64,000 nucleotides of DNA from Candidatus Iainarchaeum sp. (GTDB lineage Archaea > Iainarchaeota > Iainarchaeia > Iainarchaeales > UBA10191). The position numbers and the translations under genes are program-made. A model generated the notes under the pieces. It ran no database searches and was not told the origin of the DNA. It saw nothing but the letters and a program-made list of their open reading frames with translations. Position 1 is the first letter of the stretch. The number at the start of each line of letters is the position of its first letter. Shown in pieces: positions 59,335 to 64,000 of the stretch. The stretch is taken from NCBI GenBank assembly GCA_030649735.1, contig JAUSFL010000044.1, positions 1 through 64,000 of the forward strand, in the 5' to 3' direction.

Positions 59335-59911
59335 ATAAAGCAGCTATTGCGAGTAGAAGCAACACAACGCCAGCCATTTGGCTATCGAATAACAGCAAGA
59401 TAAAAATTAGAACGAATAACATGCATCTTTCTCCTCTTTGAATTAACCCATGCATATTGTCAAGTTGTTTTCGCCAGTTAGGGTTGCTGTATGATGCATG
59501 CGACTTGGCAAAACTGGTTAAAAAAACACCCAAAATGCAAGTAAAAATTATATAATTCCAAGAGATAAAAAAACCAAAAAGGTTGACAGAATTCAAATTT
59601 AAACTCCACAATCCAACTAACAAAAGAAAGTCAACCAGGATATCAGATAACCCATCAAAATAATCGCCAAAAGGAGTTTGTTTTTTCAAATATTTGGCTA
59701 TACTCCCATCAAAAATGTCAAACAGAAAAGAAAGCGAAAAAAGAATACCTCCTAAAAGAATTTGCTTCTCAACTAAGCTTAGAAAACCGCTAAACCCAAG
59801 CACAACTGCCAGTAAAGTCCATTGATTAGGGGATAAAGGCACGATCGAAAGCATTCTCCCAACAGATTGTTCTAACTCAACCAATTGCTTATCAAATAAC
59901 CCTTTAATCAT
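59276..59911 (-). CDS. CDP-alcohol phosphatidyltransferase
   Basis: LSPNQWT; DIFDGSIAK...TPFGDYFDGLSD. Confidence 0.92.
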   Translation of the reverse strand: MIKGLFDKQLVELEQSVGRMLSIVPLSPNQWTLLAVVLGFSGFLSLVEKQILLGGILFSLSFLFDIFDGSIAKYLKKQTPFGDYFDGLSDILVDFLLLVGLWSLNLNSVNLFGFFISWNYIIFTCILGVFLTSFAKSHASYSNPNWRKQLDNMHGLIQRGERCMLFVLIFILLLFDSQMAGVVLLLLAIAALFTVLQRFVFVFFLGLQKSR

Positions 59912-60659
59912 TTGTAATGCCGCCCAAAAACAAAATAAATTCTGGAATTTTAGTAATCTTTGGAAATAGTTGCCCTGTCTTTTGTTGGTATATTACATAT
60001 TCTTTCCCAAATCTTTGAATCAAATCTTTCTCCTCAATTGAAATCCACATCAAAGCAGTTAAGCACACTGCTAAAAACGATAATAAACCAAATAAGCTCG
60101 GACTAATAATGAAAAGTCCAAAACAAACCACGACTGCTATTCCCAAAAAGGGATGGCGAATAAACCGAAAAACCGAGTTCTGCTTCAATTTAAAACTAGA
60201 AGGAAAAAATGAGCCCATAACATATATTTCTTCAACAGAAAAGACTTTTACTGCCTTCTTCCAAATTAACAATGCAATCAAGAATAAGATAAAACCCGCA
60301 ACGAAATTCACTGGGTGAATTTGTTTTATATTTCCAGCAAAAAAAGGAATTAGTAAAGCAGAATACCACAAACACATTCCAAAAAAGAAAAAAGGCAGTG
60401 CATGACGATAATTTAGTCTTTGATCGCCCGTCTTTTTTGAAAAACCATGCGCTTTCTTCCAGAGCAAAAAACTAAGCGCGCAATAAACTAACGATTGTAA
60501 AAACGGTATAAAATCAAATTTTATAATCGCGTTTGGTACAAATGCAAATAGAAAAGCAAAAATAAAAAGCGCAAACAACAAAAAGTAATATCTTGGAGGA
60601 GAAATCTCCGGAACTAAATCAAATAAACGCAATTTTTCCTCACGAATATTCACGGGCAA
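59904..60659 (-). CDS. ICMT/PEMT-family membrane methyltransferase-like protein
   Basis: FRFIRHP, EEKDLIQRFGKEY..Y. Confidence 0.8.
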   Translation of the reverse strand: MPVNIREEKLRLFDLVPEISPPRYYFLLFALFIFAFLFAFVPNAIIKFDFIPFLQSLVYCALSFLLWKKAHGFSKKTGDQRLNYRHALPFFFFGMCLWYSALLIPFFAGNIKQIHPVNFVAGFILFLIALLIWKKAVKVFSVEEIYVMGSFFPSSFKLKQNSVFRFIRHPFLGIAVVVCFGLFIISPSLFGLLSFLAVCLTALMWISIEEKDLIQRFGKEYVIYQQKTGQLFPKITKIPEFILFLGGITND

Positions 60660-61651
60660 ATAACCACCTTTACCGCAGTTGATTCTCGTGCAAACCTTCT
60701 TGATGCAAAATCATATCCAAGAACTTCAAAAGCTTCCCGATAATCTTTCAAACCAAACTTGTGAGTAATAATGTCTTTGCCCCTAATTCTTGGCAGTAAC
60801 TTGATCGCTTGTTTAAATGTACCAGAGTCCATATTGACTCCAAGAATATCCACGTTCTTTTGAGCAATCAAAAAAGGTTCAATCTTCTCAACATGCCCTG
60901 GACTCATTCCAAATAACACTAACTTGCCAGCAGGCTTGACCAAGCGAACCCCCAGCTCAAACGCTTGCCCAGAAGAATCAATCACAAAATTAAAACCATT
61001 CGATTCATCCCCCTGGCAAATTGTTATCCCAAACTTTTGAGCAAAAGCACACCTAAACTCGGACTTTTCAACGCCAAAAACTTTTATTCCCCTCAATCTA
61101 AAGAGTTCAGCCCAAATCAACCCAGTAGGACCAAGACCAATAATACACGCTGTTTGATTCTTTTTGATGTTAAGCCGATTAAAACCATTCAATATACACG
61201 CCAATGGCTCAACCAAAGTAGCTTCTTCAAAGCTAATATTATCAGACAACTTATACACATTACTTTCTCTGATTTTCACAAAAGCAGCAAATGCCCCGTT
61301 GATATTAACACCCAACTCACCATTTCCGCCAGTACCTAAATTTTTACACAAATTCTGCTTTCCATCAAGACAAAACTCACAATTCCCGCAAGTTAGTGTT
61401 GGATCAGCAACTACCATATCCCCAATTTTAAATCGCCTTGCTTTATTCCCTGTTGAAGTAATTACGCCGGAAAATTCATGACCCAGAACAATATTATCTA
61501 AACAACCCATAATCCCTGAAACAATCTTTAAATCAGACCCGCAAATTCCGCAACAATTAACCCTAATCAGAACCTCATCTGGTAAAACGGCTGGCATGGG
61601 AAATTGGCTCACTTCCAGACTACTCTTTTTAGACAAACACAATGCATCCAT
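60650..61651 (-). CDS. Zn-dependent (MDR) sugar/polyol dehydrogenase
   Basis: GICGSD, LGHEFSG, CGNCEFC...C, EPLAC, GLGPTG. Confidence 0.92.
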   Translation of the reverse strand: MDALCLSKKSSLEVSQFPMPAVLPDEVLIRVNCCGICGSDLKIVSGIMGCLDNIVLGHEFSGVITSTGNKARRFKIGDMVVADPTLTCGNCEFCLDGKQNLCKNLGTGGNGELGVNINGAFAAFVKIRESNVYKLSDNISFEEATLVEPLACILNGFNRLNIKKNQTACIIGLGPTGLIWAELFRLRGIKVFGVEKSEFRCAFAQKFGITICQGDESNGFNFVIDSSGQAFELGVRLVKPAGKLVLFGMSPGHVEKIEPFLIAQKNVDILGVNMDSGTFKQAIKLLPRIRGKDIITHKFGLKDYREAFEVLGYDFASRRFARESTAVKVVICP

Positions 61652-62070
61652 AAACATGGAAATAAGGTTGTTACTGAATAAAAAAATAGCACATTCTAAT
61701 GCCAAAATTAGTGTATAATGATTTGATAATTATTATAGTGGGTCTTTTAGATATCTTCTTTCAAAATAATCAATTAATTGTAAATTACAAGTTTAGAACT
61801 ATGATTACATTTGTTTATGATAAAAAATTGTTAAAACATCAACTGAAAATCCAAAATATGATTAATTAAGTCTGGATTGAACTTCGAATTTCTTGTATAT
61901 TCTATGGGTTTTTAAGTGTAGGAATTGCCTTGCTTTTAGCTGATTTCTAGTAATCCTTGTTGTTTTTTCTATTAATTAGACTAGATTAGCTTTATTCTTG
62001 GCAAAAAGAAATAATTAAGCTTATTTGCTGGTTTTAGTTTTTGCAGTTTCTTTTTTTCTGGGTTATTTTT

Positions 62071-62344
62071 TGTAGTGCCTATGTCTCTATTTTTGCTTTT
62101 GTTTTCGGGACATTTACAAGACATTTTTTGGGTTTGCGGGACAATTAATTGGCAATTTTATAGTTGATTTTTTTGATTCGTATTTTTTTTGCCGACATTT
62201 TCCCGACATTTTTTCACTTTTCCCGACACCCATTTTGTAGTGCCTAATGCTGCTTTCAATTTTCCTATTTTCTGCTTAGTGCCATTTTTGTGCCATTTTT
62301 TTACTTTGCGTGTCATTCAAAGCTTGCATCTTCTGTAGTGCCTA
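62071..62344. repeat. Cluster of short direct repeats (three TGTAGTGCCTA; GACATTT, CCGACA and GTGCCATTTTT repeats)
   Basis: Read directly in a T-rich non-coding region. Confidence 0.8.
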
Positions 62345-62519
62345 TGCTCCGCTTTATTCACTTGCTTGCCAGTAACTGAGTTAACTCATGCTTAAATAAT
62401 TCAATGTAGAAGGTATGTCTAGAGAGTTTTCAAAACTGCTTTATAAAAGCAGAAGTAAGGACTTCTCATGAGAAACCCGACAACGACAATAAGAAGGCCG
62501 GAACAGAAATTAATGCAAG

Positions 62520-62708
62520 GTGAAGAAATTGGAACTACAGCAAACTCTTACAGTTAGGAAGAATGAGCAAATGACGGCAAAGCAAGTGGCCTTGTTGCTG
62601 GCGAGAAAGACAGATTTTGAGTTAAAGCGAGAGTTTCCGGTTTTTTGGGAATTGCTTGCAATAAAAAGCAAAAGTTGGAAAAGTGTTGATGATGAGTTTG
62701 AATATTGA
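62520..62708 (+). CDS. Small hypothetical protein
   Basis: 62-aa ORF overlapping the next ORF. Confidence 0.45.
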   Translation: MKKLELQQTLTVRKNEQMTAKQVALLLARKTDFELKREFPVFWELLAIKSKSWKSVDDEFEY

Positions 62709-62919
62709 GTTGAGAATACCAAAGCAAGTAGTGCCTAACTGTTTTCTCTGCCTCTCAAACAAAAGAAAACGCAAAAAAATGGTGTTCCGTACAACCCAAA
62801 GAAGATGGGTTTGCAAAGAATGCCTTGACGCGCTTGGAGAAAACCAAATACAACAAATGCTTGAAAAAATTCCTTTGGCTGAAGATATAATATTCAGAAA
62901 GCCAAGCATCAATTTTTAG
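62692..62919 (+). CDS. Small zinc-finger protein
   Basis: CFLC...WVCKEC. Confidence 0.55.
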   Translation: MSLNIELRIPKQVVPNCFLCLSNKRKRKKMVFRTTQRRWVCKECLDALGENQIQQMLEKIPLAEDIIFRKPSINF

Positions 62920-62927
62920 TGATTGCT

Positions 62928-63239
62928 TCAGACGCAGATTATTTTTACTGTTTTTAAGTCTATTAGCGGGGTTCTTTTTTCTGTTTCGTTGATGATTTCG
63001 AACATTTTTTCAACGTTTTCTGGAACGTTTGCTTCATTGATGTCTTTTTTTGAAGTGTTTTTTCTTGTTAGGTATTCTTGTGCGAAAGAGCGGGATATTG
63101 ACTTGACTTTTTTGAAGTCTATGGTTATTTGTTTCTCTTTCATTTTCTCTAAATCATCAAAGAAGTTGCTGACTAGGTCTCTTAAAGCAAGGTTTTCGGA
63201 AATTATTTTTGCAATTTCTATCTTACTTGATAAAGTCAT
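62928..63239 (-). CDS. STAS-like (DUF4325) protein
   Basis: ITIDFKKVKSISRSFAQEY. Confidence 0.8.
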   Translation of the reverse strand: MTLSSKIEIAKIISENLALRDLVSNFFDDLEKMKEKQITIDFKKVKSISRSFAQEYLTRKNTSKKDINEANVPENVEKMFEIINETEKRTPLIDLKTVKIICV

Positions 63240-63999
63240 AAATGTCCACTTCTTTTGCCGGATAGGGTATTCTGACACTTATTAGGGTGCCTTGTAACCT
63301 ATAATTGTCTCGGAGTTTATATAATTTTGTTGGTTCATTGCCTTTAAAGTAGGCTGCCCCATTTCCTGACACAATAAGCAGCTCTCCCGAAAGGCCTTTT
63401 GTGAAAAGCTTTAAGTTTGAGCCTAAGCCAAAACCACGCTCTTTCCCTTTGGTTGAAAGGCCATTAATTGCCTGGATTATGCTTTCAGCGTCCTCAAAAA
63501 CCATTCCTTTTTTTGCAAAACTACCGGGAATTGTTATTCCGTCATCAAAAAAGCATATTTCAACAAATCCTTTCTTTTCATACTTTTGGGCCATTACAAA
63601 AGCATTCTTGAATTCTGAATGCTGATAAATGTTATCAACAAGCTCGTTTATCAAATATTTGAAAGCATTTTCCCCACCATACTCTTTGCCATTATTGTGC
63701 AGTTTGAAAATCTGTTCTAGAAACTTTTCTGAATCCTTTTCTGCAACTTTTGGCGGCAGGCCTATTATTGGAATGTAAGTTTTTAATCCATTCTCAACCT
63801 TAAACTCACCAATAACCAAAGAAATATAGTTTGCGGCATTCTGATTTGCTGGGGGAACATACTTGATTTTCTTGCTGTTTTCCTTAATGAACACGCCTAA
63901 AGGAAGCAAGGTTGTGGGATAAAGCCAGCTAACAGTTTGCAAATTAAGAACTTTTGTTTCAATGCTGGAATTCTTAAAATTACAGAAAATAAGGTAATT
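63223..63999 (-). CDS. Histidine-kinase-like (GHKL) ATPase, 5' end beyond the window
   Basis: ELVDNIYQHS, DDGITIP, GLSTK...RGFGLG, GTLI; frame stays open to the window edge. Confidence 0.85.
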   Translation of the reverse strand, partial: NYLIFCNFKNSSIETKVLNLQTVSWLYPTTLLPLGVFIKENSKKIKYVPPANQNAANYISLVIGEFKVENGLKTYIPIIGLPPKVAEKDSEKFLEQIFKLHNNGKEYGGENAFKYLINELVDNIYQHSEFKNAFVMAQKYEKKGFVEICFFDDGITIPGSFAKKGMVFEDAESIIQAINGLSTKGKERGFGLGSNLKLFTKGLSGELLIVSGNGAAYFKGNEPTKLYKLRDNYRLQGTLISVRIPYPAKEVDIYDFIK

Positions 64000-64000
64000 G

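Larger units (their letters stand above)
51227..64000. mobile_element. Integrative element / genomic island downstream of tRNA-Gln (right end not seen)
   Basis: Integrase directly after the tRNA, lower GC and altered codon use, accessory cargo. Confidence 0.7.

Noticed and set aside
62071-62344. CRISPR array
   Set aside because: Repeats are only 11-12 nt with irregular spacing; no cas genes

Overview
Chromosomal window from an archaeon, most likely DPANN (plausibly Iainarchaeota/Diapherotrites; this is inference). Supporting markers are gatD/gatE, archaeal-type ProRS, ATP-dependent ligase, ZPR1, a box C/D sRNA, TATA promoters and tRNAs without encoded CCA. The housekeeping backbone holds an intein-containing HerA/DUF87 ATPase, cimA, serS, proS, hom, feoB/dtxR, lig, gatDE, ogg and three tRNAs. 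Accessory DNA comprises two tnpA-less TnpB elements, a free-standing LAGLIDADG gene and a tRNA-Gln-linked island. The island has a tyrosine integrase broken by one stop codon and a nine-gene cargo (2 radical SAM/SPASM, aminotransferase, Zn-dehydrogenase, IMPase, CDP-alcohol transferase, ICMT/PEMT-like methyltransferase, kinase, DUF362). The strongest unexplained signal is a non-palindromic 13-mer, GTTAGGCACTACA; I found its core TAGGCACTA 14 times by eye. It occurs inside core genes as identically coded LGTT, at the joints between accessory genes downstream of gatE, on the integrase stop codon, in a cluster within the island, and in the promoter of a small putative DNA-binding gene. All calls come from reading the sequence; no searches were run.
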